DNA of 64,000 bases from a virus. Location: positions 27,048 to 91,047 of the IMG/VR virus record IMGVR_UViG_3300036766_000806, one strand, 5' to 3'. Every line of letters starts with the position of its first letter. Within the stretch, counting starts at the first letter, position 1. This document shows positions 49,883-61,664 of the stretch, in pieces. The notes beneath the pieces are model-generated. The model searched no databases. It saw only the letters and a list, made by a program, of their open reading frames with translations, and was not told the origin of the DNA. A program made the translations under genes and the position numbers.

Positions 49883-52800
49883 CCAAGTATGTACTTTTCG
49901 CTAATGTTTAACATAAGAATAGATTATTCTTGGGTAATGGTGAGTGTTCCGTGGAAAGGTCGAAAATACTTTGCTTCCCACTCATCATGGTAATAATCAA
50001 ATGGATGATAGACAGGGTTTCCTTCAACCATAAATCCCCCGAAAGTATTTCTGTCTTTTCCTGGCTCAGTAATCAATACTAAAATGATATCAGAATTTCG
50101 AGCATACAAAGCGAGGTATGGATAGTCGGGAACCGAAAACAATGGAGGAATAGATTGATATGCAATTTTCATAGTTTATTGTTGATTATACTCTTGTTTC
50201 AGGAATTGTCAAGCAGGAAAATGTTTGTCAGCATACTCACTTACTTTGGAACAAAAGTCCTTATAGATAGTATTATCTCTGTCACCGCTTTTCTCCATAT
50301 CCTCAATCTTTTTTCTCAGTGAAGGACTTAGTTTTTTTAGCACTTCCGCACGGGCCTGAACATAGGGATTAGTAGATTTGCTTGCCATCACCGAATCCAG
50401 GCGTTCGCTTTCGTCAACAGCCTCAGCAACCACTTTTACTTCTGGCTTTTTTGCCTTTTCTTCCAGAGCCAGCAATCGTTCTCCCTCAGCCACTAATTCA
50501 GCAATGGTCTCTTCATGATCCGGAATTGGCAGCTTGTTATATCCTTGTTGCAGAATATATTTCTGATAGTTATTTGGGATGCCTTTGATTTTTCCATTAT
50601 CCTTCCTGGCCATAAAATTCCCTCCGATTCTGAGGACGACGATAACTGCTACCACGACCTTTCAATGGCCGTTCAACCCGTGTTGGCAGGGGCATCGGCT
50701 TCCTGATTGACTTGTAGACGGCTATCTGTGCTTTCATGAAATAAGTATGCCACAAATTGCCGAGAATGTCAAGGAGAAGATTAGTTCAATTCCTTTTTAG
50801 TTTTTGTTACCTTTGTTTTCACCGAGCCAATTTGCCGATTGAGTCCGCCCATGCGGTATTCCCACGTCCCTTTTTTGATTCCAATCAAGTTGAAAATGCC
50901 ATTACCTACCGAGGTTTTTCTGGCAAATTCAAAGTGATCTCCGATTTTTAGTTGTCCAAATGTCATACCTATTATTCTACACATGGACGGCGGAATGTCA
51001 ACCGAAAAAAAGCAAAAAATTTTCCTTTTTCCCTTGACTTTTTATCGAGGATCGGTAAAATAAGGGTATATGAATGACAAAGAAACTTTGGAACGCATCC
51101 TCAAGCTGATTGGTAGGGATGATGAACTGCTTGAAACGGTTGCCACTTGCATCGAGATTACTCCTGAAGAGTTAGGCGATTTCATTGATTTCGTGGAAAT
51201 TCCCGAATTGACCCGGAGCAACAAACAAGATGTCAAGGTGAACGCATGAAAACTAAACGCCAGATTGCAAAGGCCAAGTACCTCAAAAGCCCATACCATT
51301 GTCCCCGGTGCAACTCGGGTGACATTGAGGCACAACCACAAGCGGGAGAATTTAATGAGGGGTATAAAGGAAAGAAACCTACAGCTTCGATGCCCGTTAT
51401 TTGTCCGGATTGTGGATACCGCTGGATAGAGATTTACAGCCTGACAAACATAAAGGTCGAGCGCAAAGGCTAAAGTGCTTCACTAGTCTCGCCTTTTGCA
51501 GTTTGTCACCGAAATATCTCAAACAATTTTAGAACTATATTTATTGGTATGAAGATAAGATTTGTTAAAAATGTGTTAGTAGAAGTATATAAATCCCGAT
51601 TGGATGAAGTGTGGGATAAACAGTACAGAAGATGGGATGAGATAGAAGTTGATTCTATCTCGGAAGGAAAATTTGCCGATGTCCGTACAACAGAAGGGGA
51701 TGCCATTTATGGCATCCCCGAGATTCATTTGAAATGATTCGGCCTAGCGGCTAAGACGGAAAGCCTCGATGGGAAGATCGATGATGTTCCGGAGAAACTT
51801 GCCCTCATTGGCATTGAGCCATTTCAGGATTTGTTCACGATCCATTGGAGTATTAGACCATAAACCAAGAACCGTTTTGTTCCCGCCAAGGATATACTTG
51901 AGAGCATCGGGATTGAAGGTAGAATCTTCCCACCGTAATTGAAGAATCACAATATCCTCGCTACTGTGGTTAGGAAAAGTGAAAATATCTCCCACTTTGA
52001 AGTTGGTGATTTTTGGCCGCTCCGGTAGTTTCGGGGGAGTAGGCGGAGCAACTTCGGTAAGCAATCCCAAGAGAGGAAATAGTTTAAAGACTTCTGGTTC
52101 TATTGACATTTGGTAATGCCGGCCATCATGTGTGAAATAAATATTTGCCATAGTGCTTTTATTTTACAGGTTTTTGGAGATTTGTCAAGGGAAAAATTTC
52201 ATCAATTCTTTGGCTGCCGCTCGATCATAAGCAGGATAGTTTTTGTAGTTAAGAAATCCTAATGCTTTTCCTAACCAATTAAGATTAAGACCATTATCAA
52301 TAGCAATAATGGCATTATCATAAGTTATTTCAGCTTTACCAATGGAAAATGTTCTGATAAAGTTTTCGACTTGTCCCGAACAAGCTCCTTTATTTTTTAA
52401 CCATTGCGCCGTAATAATCATCTTAAAATCCGTTAATATAGGCATCTCTTAATTCACCGAGCGTAAACCATAAGGGCGTCAAGTGGAGAGGGGCACCTGG
52501 TTTCTCGAAAGCATAAGAGAAATGTTTTCGGAAAACAATATTCCATCCCATACTTTCCAAATAGGTAATGCACTCTTCCACGGTTGGCAGTTTTGTTTTT
52601 TCCTTATTCATCCTCGGCGTCATTTCCATCTTTGGTTAATTGGAAGAATTCCGGATCGGAAGCCTGTTCCAAAAGGGCATCGGCAGCTTGCTTGCCGTCA
52701 AGCGTTTCTTCGGAAACACATTCAACATGCCCGCTCCAATCGCCCTCAGTAATGTTGTAGTCAATATCTCCAAGGGTACATTCTCCAATTGGCTCTTCCG

Positions 52801-55800
52801 AGAGGATTGTCACCTGGACTATGGTTTTATGGAATTTTCTGTCAGTCATAACCTCTATCCTTTGATTGTATCTTCCGCCGCTTTGTTCAAATCGGCTTCG
52901 ATGGTATTTCGCCTGATTTTAAACCTTCTGCCGTACCAAATTTCGGCCAAACAGATTTTGCGTTTTGAGTTTTGGGCAAACCAATTCTTGATTTGTCTTA
53001 CGGCGGTTTTGGCCTCCTGCCTGATTTGCTCAGGTGGCAACCTTCTATATATATAGCAATCATAATACCACTATTATACCGATTTTGTGGTTTCTGTCAA
53101 GGGCAAAGGTTCAAAATCTTCTTCCCAAAGACGATAAACGTCATTTAGTTTTTGCTCGGCCAAGACATTCGGCATATCGTCAAAGTAAAAATACCGAATC
53201 CCGTCCTCATCTCCAATGATGGTAAGAATTCTACCGGATTGTTTACTTCTCCACTTAGTATTCATCGGAATTGATTATATCTTTTCTGCTTCTTTCGTCT
53301 CGGATAAGTTCACGATAAGATTCCTGGTCTCCCACCGTTTCTTCCATTTCTTCCCGTGATATGGGAATTTCTCCGAATTCGGCTATCGCAGCTTCCCGCT
53401 CTTCTTTTTTCAGTCTCCGTTTTTCAGTTTTTGTCATGGCGCTTTGGAAGTCATAGGTTTAATTATCGCATGATTGCGATAAGGTATGCCCGCTTTAATC
53501 CACCCTTCACAAGTAAGATAATTGCCAGCTACTTGCAGCATTTTGTTGATCTGATTAGTGACTTCCGGATCATAAATATCTTGCGGTCGGCATTCAATAT
53601 GAACTACTGAATGAATGGCACATTTTTCCGGGTCTATCGAAACAACTTCGACGTTTCCAACTCGCAATAGCGGATTCAAAAACGTTTTTCGATCAACTTC
53701 TTTTTTCAGGCGTTTTTGAACCCGCTCATGAAGAGCTTTCCAAAATTCTTCGTTGCCATTTGTCATATAATTAGGGATATTCGGTTATTTCGTAATCCAC
53801 TTTGTACTTTAATTTGCGAAGATCGATTTGTTCCCAAAGTTCATAGGGATTGATTTCCTGCCCCTCAAAGAAGTGTGTCGTTTCCGAGGGCATAAGATGA
53901 GAACCACAAGTTTCACAAGGCTCTTGCCATTCTTGCGGCGCTTCACAATCACGCAAAAATTTGATCTTCACATTTCTATTTTACCGATTTTTATGAAAAT
54001 GTCAACAGGAAAAATTGAACCTCGGAGGTTACGATTCCTCCTCCGAGGCGGTCTAACTGGCATTGCTGTCGTAGCAAAAATTACAACAGTTTCCCCCGCC
54101 GCTCCGGAGGAATGAAAAACCGACTAAGAGTAGCATAAACGCTCCTGGCTTCTCGAAGTCCAAAGCTCATGCGAACGTTAGGAGTCGAAAGAGAAAAACA
54201 TCCTTTTCCCTTTTTACGACTTGACGTGGAGACATATACCGTTATTGCTTTGGTTTTGTTAACTACTGTTTTCATAACTATTACTTTCTCTTCTGCTTGA
54301 ACTCTCGTGAATTGATTGATCCATCGGGAGTCAGCAATCCCTGGTCAAGGGCCATTTGGGTTGCGGTGACGTAGGAGTACATTCGGCGTTCTCCTCTGAG
54401 ATTCGGCGGGCCTTGAATAGAAATACCTTTTATCACCACAGACACGTTGGCACCCTTGGTCTCGGAAGCCCTTCGTACAAGGTTGAACGCCGTGCGGAAT
54501 GCATACGGAAAAGTGTCGCAGGGGATTGGCCCCGTGCCCGTATTTAGAATCCAATTCGCATTCATACACGATCATTCTACATGGTTTTTGAAAATTGTCA
54601 AGGGCGAAATTTCCTGTAGTCGGAAGGATGAACTGAGCCTTCCACTTCCGGATTTGCATTCCAAGCCGCCTTGGGAGTTTTATATCCCAACCGATGATGA
54701 AGATCGTACAGTTCCGAGTACATTTTGAACTCGGCAAAATGGGCATAATTCTCTTGTAGATGTCCACGCCATCCCTTTAATCCCGATTGGGCTGTAACAG
54801 TTTTCACGGTCTTATTATACTGATTTCATCGAAAATGTCAACTTCGTTTTCTAACTTTTTTCACCGAATAATCATATTCCTCTACGGTGGCTGATGTCTC
54901 GCCTGAAAGCGTACCATTATTCACCGCATCCCGTACCACCTGGTACAGATTATGCTCCAAATCCCTTGGATCGGTTCCTTGAGGATCAAATTCCACGTCA
55001 AGAGTTAGTCTGTATTTTAATGTTTTCATCGCATGGAAGTAAGTTTGTTAATACCAGTACGTGCCGCCCCGTCAAGTCCCTTGCCTTGCGTCCGGAGCAG
55101 TCCACCATTTACAAGGACCGCAATTCGCTGTGCCGTTTCAACTCCCCCGGGTACAGGAGTAATGAATTCATATCCCTTGCCATTACCGAAAACCCACTTG
55201 CGATATTTTGGTGAGAAGCCAAAGGTGATTGTCGCAAACGTGTATGTCTTTTTCATATTTAGATAGGTGGTTGTAGTTATTTTATGCCGACAGTTTTAGC
55301 GGCCATGAAATACGCTCTCGCCAGTACTGAAGTGCCCGGCGTGCTTTTGCCTCGCTGGGATGAATTTCCCAGATTGCCCATTCGCCAAGAAACTTGATGA
55401 TAATAGTTTTCTTCACGGTCTCTATTCTATTGATTTCATCGCAGATGTCAAGAACGATTTAATTCATCCGCTCGCCTTTGGGCCGATTCCCGGTATTTGT
55501 ACCATCCTTGCCATTTGACGGTAACTTGTTTCGGAGGATTAAAGGGCACCCATCCGACACCTTCAACGTCATCCCCCTCTATAGTGATTTCCCGTGGGGG
55601 ATTGAGCGCCAGGGTGTATCCATAATGTCGGGGAGCGTCGCCCAATTGTTTCTTGGCTCTTCGGCATGTAATGACTGTATAAGTTGTCATGCTCTCATTT
55701 TACCTATTTAATCACTGGTGTTAAGAACGATTTGGGCGCATTATCTTACGAAAAGAATATGATTCGTCGTAAGTAATAAGTTTTTTGCTCCCATCTTCCT

Positions 55801-56256
55801 TGGGTTCAACACAACAAATCGTTCCCCACCGGCGATCTTCAAGCATAGATTCTTGTTGCTGTCGCTTTGACCATTTAAGTTCACACCAGTAACGATAAGC
55901 GGCGTTAAAATTAGTTGTCACCATTTGGACATTAGCCCCAAGAGAAACGAAAAACGTATTGGGCTTGCCGCCATCGCCAACCATTTCAGTTGCCAGTTTA
56001 TTCAGTGCTTTTACTTTCATACGCTCTCACTTTACCGATTTATTAAGTTTTGTCAAGTGGTTTCACTTGCCAGGGTGAAAAAACATTGTCGGGGTAATAA
56101 TCTTCTACCCACCGATGATCATCCATCCAACGGAATAGTCCCACTAAACCATAAAAAAATTGGGGATAAAGCATTAAACGTGCCATCCTGGATAAAATCA
56201 CCGAACGCACCTGACTTTTTATCGTGGCACTGAATCGCCATAAAATGCTTTCTCAT
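49687..56256 (-). other. array of ~20 small, mostly minus-strand hypothetical genes, many individually promoted (short + strand block at 51069-51737)
   Basis: e.g. 49924-50172, 50209-50612, 51744-52151, 52604-52849, 53434-53766, 54281-54565, 54598-54807, 54838-55029, 55448-55690, 55721-56020. Confidence 0.65.
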
Positions 56257-56476
56257 GGTTTTATTCTACCGATTCACCGAGCAAAAGCAAGAAAAAAGTT
56301 GAAAAAAGTTTTATCACCGAGTACCACCGAATATCACCGAACCTATTTTTAGGGATAAAAATGAGTATCTTTAGAACTAAACTTCTCTGTCATCAGGATA
56401 TGGTTTCGGTAATTCCTCAAAAGATTTTTGAAAAAAGTTGTTGACTCCTTTCCTGATATCAGTATAATGGGGCAGA

Positions 56477-56753
56477 ATGAAAAAAGTAAAAATGCGATTA
56501 GTAGGGCAGGATGGTAACGCTTTCAGCATTGGCAAAGGTGCCTATTTTCCTGGATGCGATAATCTCCGCACACTTCTTCAAGGGATCAAAGCAAGTATTT
56601 GTGCGTCCTACTGGGCCTAGCTATCGTTTCCTCAATGGAACATGGAGGAATATGTATGGCAATGCCTACGCTGCCATTGAAACGGTGATGGGAAGGAATT
56701 ATGAGGGGTCAATCCATTTTCGCTTACTCAAAAGCAAACCGATTTCCTTTTGA
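56477..56753 (+). pseudogene. out-of-frame chimera of two genes
   Basis: MKKVKMRLVGQDGNAFSI (recognisable phage N-terminus) joins near 56530 to another gene's 3' part in a different frame. Confidence 0.6.
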
Positions 56754-57459
56754 CAACTTCCTTCAAATCGGTATAATGGTGACAATATGAAACATGTTTT
56801 CGTTTATCTCAGCGGTGCCGCCACTGCTTCGGGCTTGACATCCGGCCCTAATTCGGTATAATTGCTATCATTATGGGCAAACAGAAATATCCAAATACCA
56901 GAGCGGCAAGCACGGGATCGCCATCATCAAAGCCTCACGATCCAACAACGGAAATGGCCTATGAACAATGGCTTGAAAAACAACGACGGGAAAAACTAAA
57001 CCATCGGTGTATTATTTGCGGGGGTCATGTACCAGATTCATTCTCAGGAGAAGATCGTAAATGCTCCGATTGTGGGTACAATTATTTTCAAAGAAAAGTT
57101 CTCTCTTGACAATTCATCGAAAATCGGTAAAATAAGGGTATGATTATTAGAAAAGATAGAAACGGCAATCTCGAAATGACTGCCGATGTTAATGAGCAGG
57201 AGGATATTCAACATAGATTGAGTCATCCGGAAGGATTAACAATGATTAGCCTGGAAGCAAGTTTCATTTCTGATTTTCTCAGCGATGATCCAATGGGCGA
57301 TGGAATTTCTTATGAACAAGTGCCTCCGGCAGAAGTAGGCGCATTGACGGGCGCTCCTTTGATTTCCGATGGAAACAATATTTATGGATATATGGAATAT
57401 CAAGTGAATAATTTCCTGGAGAATTTAGCTACTGGTCGAACGGTTATTTGGAAAAAGGG

Positions 57460-57487
57460 TTGACAATCCTCTCAGGATCGGTATAAT
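57460..57487 (+). promoter_or_regulatory. representative early-region promoter with ATCGG extension
   Basis: TTGACA(57460)-N16 ending ATCGG-TATAAT(57482), ATG 57497; the TGA is the upstream stop. Confidence 0.85.
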
Positions 57488-57496
57488 AATAACAAT

Positions 57497-58270
57497 ATGG
57501 GCTTAACCATTCACTACTCATTAAAGGCCGGAGGCAGCGATGCCCAGGCCAGAAAACTTGTCCAAACACTGCATCAAAGCGCCCATGACTTGCCTTTCAA
57601 GCAATTAGGTCAAGTCGTGGAACTCTCCGGCGACCAGTGCGATTTCAACAAGGTAGATCGGGAAACCCCTCTACATTGGCTTTTGATTCAAGCCCAGGGC
57701 GATGTAAAGCTCAGTCTTAATTGCTCTGCCAGTGTATCGCCATCCCATATTATCGCTTTCACCGCCTGGCCGGGCGAGGGTTGCGAGGAGTCCAACTTTG
57801 GTTTGTGCAAATACCCTGTTGTCATCAAGACATCTGAGGGGCCACGGAAAACAAAGCTCTCTGGCTGGTGCTGGCATTCATTCTGCAAAACCCAATATGC
57901 CAGCAACTCGGATTGTGGCGGTATCCCCAATTTCTTACAATGCCATTTGACGGTTATCGCCTTACTCGATAAAGCCAAGGAATTAGGCTGTTTGGAAGAA
58001 GTACATGATGAGGGCCATTTTTGGGAAAAGCGCAATATCAAAGCCCTGGTAAAAGAAATTGGCTCTTGGAATGAAATGATTGCCGCATTCGGCGGAGCGT
58101 TAAAAGACCTCACCGGAGACGGGCCATTTGAAGTCGAATCGGCCATTGCCCGATATCCAGATTTTGAACGGCTGGAGGCCGCTGGTCAAAATAAAATACC
58201 ACCTGGATTTAAGAAGATCGCCAAGCTCATCGGGCGATTGGGGCAGAAAATTGTTCAAGAAAAGAATTGA
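57497..58270 (+). CDS. conserved hypothetical protein
   Basis: MGLTIHY...PGEGCE...FCKTQYA...H...DEG.FW pattern. Confidence 0.75.
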   Translation: MGLTIHYSLKAGGSDAQARKLVQTLHQSAHDLPFKQLGQVVELSGDQCDFNKVDRETPLHWLLIQAQGDVKLSLNCSASVSPSHIIAFTAWPGEGCEESNFGLCKYPVVIKTSEGPRKTKLSGWCWHSFCKTQYASNSDCGGIPNFLQCHLTVIALLDKAKELGCLEEVHDEGHFWEKRNIKALVKEIGSWNEMIAAFGGALKDLTGDGPFEVESAIARYPDFERLEAAGQNKIPPGFKKIAKLIGRLGQKIVQEKN

Positions 58271-59360
58271 CAATTTTCTCAAAATTGGTATAATGATATC
58301 AATATGAAAATAATTTGTCATTACTGCGGAACTGAATATGAAAGCGAATCACAATCCTGTCCGCTTTGTCATCATAAGCCGATGGATAAATCCGGAGCGA
58401 GCAATGGATTGAAGCCTCGACCAATCAAGGCCCAGAAAAGCGGTTTTCCCTTTTCCTCAAAACTTTCCCCCCGCCCGCCTCTCATGGGCCTTATTATAAA
58501 ATAGGTGTTGACATCTTCGGCCAAATCGGTATAATGATATCAATATGAAACAATCAGCCTCAATGCCGACTACTCCTATGTCTCGGATGATTTATATCCG
58601 TGACGGTGTGACTTACTCAACGGTAGTCCCGACGCAATCCTCAGTGAGCGAGCTACAGCGGTATATGCTCTTTAAGCGTAAAATCGGCCTCAGAACGGAA
58701 GCAATCCTGTCGGTATCGCCTATCCAACCAGCGGCGGATTTTCAGCGGCCCTCGCCAGCGGCAAAACAATTTGCTCGGTACGTAAGTGTCGAGTAATCGG
58801 CTGGCCCACTAGTCGTCAAGCCCTGATAGCGGGACGTGGCGTTAGGTAGCTTACGAAAAAGCTGCCAACCAATTTATGAAAAATGTTATTCTTAATCTCA
58901 CTCCGGCAGAAGCCAAAGTCCTTCGTTCTATCCTGTGGAACATTGGCGGACCTCCCGCTGGCACTCGTGGCCACGCTGATAGAATACAGGACAAGTTAAA
59001 GAGACAAGTGAATAAGTTCGAGGAGGCAACAGTGAATTTGATCACTAATCCCGCCCAGGATGCAATATATTTCCTGTATTAACCAACGATGAAAGTCACA
59101 ATCAATCTTGTTAAAGTCCAAGGGAGAGAACAATCATTCTGGGTTATCCAGAGAGGAGATTACTTTTGGAGTGAAGAAGGTTATTGGACAACCGTTCTTG
59201 AAAAAGCTGCTTTTCATCTGACATACACAGAGGCAAATGGAGAAGCTTTTCGCCTTGGATTTTTCAATCCTTACCAACTTCCAGAATTGATTTTCGGCGG
59301 TAAAGAAGTACTCTTTTTCTCAATCTAATCTTGGTTTCTCCTGTTAGAATTTTTTTGTTT

Positions 59361-59415
59361 TCACCGAACCTAAATATAGCCCTAAACTTGAATATTTTTA
59401 GCACTAAACTTATTC
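59361..59415 (+). repeat. representative copy of the composite TCACCGA / TTTAG-NN-CTAAA element
   Basis: TCACCGA 59361, palindromes at 59375 and 59397; other copies near 41241, 51506, 56334, 60598, 62055, 63441. Confidence 0.8.
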
Positions 59416-60304
59416 CTGCCAACGGCGATGAAAGAAGTTAAAAATAATCGTTGACTATTTTCTCAGAATCGGTATAATGAAGTTGTGATATGAGAAAAAT
59501 CAAGTACAGCGACAAAGCCAAATGCCCTAAATGCGGCGGCATGTTATCTTATGACGCAACCATAACCGAGAAACTCCCTTTGGGATTTGGCTTTGCTCCC
59601 GGTAGCAGCAAGTTTCAAGTGGATATACTGGTTAGCAAAGGCTGGCGGGGTGAATGTATGGAATGCGGCGAAAAAGTGTTTGCAGTCGAGTCTCAGCGGC
59701 ATGTTACCCGTCACCCCCGAAATATCAATCGCAAAATCAGCCCCATACTTCAAGAGGCAACAGCATGAGTACAAAAAGTCCCTGGTCAAACCATGAACGC
59801 AACCATCGCAAAGCTGATTAAGGATTACAAGCGGGAATATCTGCGGGTGAATGGTCGTACTCCTGATATAACCGTCAAAGGTGGCTGGATTACCTTGAAC
59901 GGGTGCGAACATTATCGCAAAACCGAGATTGATCAGGCATTGATAGTGCTTCAGGGTCGAAAAGATTTTTGGAAAAAGTGAAAATTTCTCTTGACTTCTC
60001 TATCTAAATCGGTAGAATGAAGTCACGATATGAATAAGTTTAAGATTCAAGTTGTGGCTGGAGCCTACCAGATTCAAGTACGGAAGTACGCTGCCGGAGA
60101 GAATCACCATTCGACTGACAAGTTTGAACTAGTGGAAGTTGTTACTTGCCGGGTATGGGCAGAACAGATTGGCAATTTCAATCCTCTCTTTTGCCGCTAT
60201 AAAGGCAAGCGGATTATGGTTCATTCGGACGCTGGCGACTTGTCCGATCCTTTCCAGCGAACTGAGGATTATGCCAAGACTTTTTTCATTGAAATTGCAT
60301 AAAG

Positions 60305-60592
60305 CATAACGCTCTTTGAGAAACGATTTCACGTGTCTCCGGTGTAGCTAAAATACGCAAGGGCATTCGGCGCTGAAAAGAGCCTTGTTAGCCTTTGTGG
60401 TGTATGGCATCCGGAGCGTGATTAGCAAGGTTGCCTTAGTACTGGGCAATGGTGATTGTTACATGACCCCTTCCAGAGCTTGTGACGTGTGACTAGGCTT
60501 GTCCTGAAAAAGACCAGGGGCCGAAACTAAAATAAAAGGTGCTTGACTTAGCATTGGATTCCCGGGCTGTGAAATTGGCCCGGGAGTTTTTT
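60305..60592 (+). ncRNA. structured RNA candidate ending in a terminator
   Basis: GC-richer, ORF-free, several stems/pseudoknots; TCCCGGGC-loop-GCCCGGGAG-T run. Confidence 0.55.
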
Positions 60593-60666
60593 TATTTTCA
60601 CCGAACTGTATTTAGGACTATAAAAGTAAATATTTTTAGGACTAAATTTATTGGCACTTATTATCA

Positions 60667-60721
60667 TAGCAATCTTCGTGCCAAGTAAAGAAAAAAACTG
60701 CACTTGGCACGAAAAATGTTT
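60667..60721. promoter_or_regulatory. inverted pair of sigma54-like (-24/-12) motifs
   Basis: - strand TTGGCACGAAGATTGCTA, + strand TTGGCACGAAAAATGTTT. Confidence 0.6.
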
Positions 60722-60810
60722 TTTACTTTTATATTGCAATCCGCTGTGATATCGGTAGAATAGAGTTGAAAATAAGAGGGCATAGTTGCCCTTAGCGAAA
60801 GCGACAAAAC

Positions 60811-61389
60811 ATGAAAAATATAAGCACGATTCTAATGGTCAGTCAATTGGAAATGCTTGGCTTTCTCAAAACAAACGGTACGGCGTGCCGCTTTGTCTCC
60901 CTGGTAGCCGACACTCTGGTTGACAAGATCCGGAAGGGCAATCCCTTTCCTGGTCTCCGCAAGGTCTCGAAAATATCAGGACTCCTTAACGCCAATTACA
61001 ACACCAGCGTCCGGCGGCGGATTGCCGAAACTCTCGGAGTTGAATTGAAGGATGTCGAGTACGAGTCCGGGACTACCTGGTATCAGCATCTTACCACTAC
61101 CGAGGGGAAGCCCCTGCCGGTTGTGGTCAACAAGCGCACTCCGGATAATGGCAAACACTATCTGCAATTCTTCCCGCACAAGTCCAGGTACGAGTACGTC
61201 ACCCCCGGCGGCGAAGTTATCCCGGAAGAGCAAGTCCAGCCTTGGCTCTATGCCAAGCCCGAGCGCCCGGATTACAAGCCCGTTGTGGTCACAATCGGGC
61301 TTGAAAACGTCAAACAACTCAAAGCCTCCGGCATCATCATCGAATTTCCGGGCTTCGATGAAGCCGAGCAACTTTTAGCCGAACAGTAG
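60811..61389 (+). CDS. hypothetical phage protein
   Basis: 192-aa ORF with own promoter; followed by hairpin 61416-61450. Confidence 0.75.
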   Translation: MKNISTILMVSQLEMLGFLKTNGTACRFVSLVADTLVDKIRKGNPFPGLRKVSKISGLLNANYNTSVRRRIAETLGVELKDVEYESGTTWYQHLTTTEGKPLPVVVNKRTPDNGKHYLQFFPHKSRYEYVTPGGEVIPEEQVQPWLYAKPERPDYKPVVVTIGLENVKQLKASGIIIEFPGFDEAEQLLAEQ

Positions 61390-61664
61390 GATCGGCGTGT
61401 CGCCCGCATAAGCACCGGGGAGCGTATCTTAAATGTGGTACGCTCCCCGGCATAGCATACATAAGCACAATATGAATTTAACCTACTCCAAACTCATTTG
61501 GGGATTTGAAAAATGGTTCAAGGCCAATCTCGAAGAGCTAAAAACCCTATTTACTGCTGAGATAGCAGAACTATTCGAGAGCCTAGAGGATTTCGCTGTC
61601 GAATTGTTTGCCGAGATTCATTTTTCCACTTGACAAACCCTTACAAAACCCATAAAATGGCACT

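Larger units (their letters stand above)
56873..60302 (+). other. array of individually promoted small genes (56873, 57140, 57497, 58304, 58545, 58876, 59089, 59490, 59793, 60030)
   Basis: Most preceded by TTGAC(A/T)-N16-TA(T/G/A)AAT with ATG 6-11 nt later. Confidence 0.7.

Noticed and set aside
58797-58870. Hammerhead/twister/pistol ribozyme
   Set aside because: Short hairpins and partial motifs (CTGATAG, CAAGCCC) only; I could not assemble a complete catalytic core
61390-61460. ZTP riboswitch (CACCGGGGAGC)
   Set aside because: Lacks the other conserved elements; best explained as a simple 12-bp-stem hairpin after a gene
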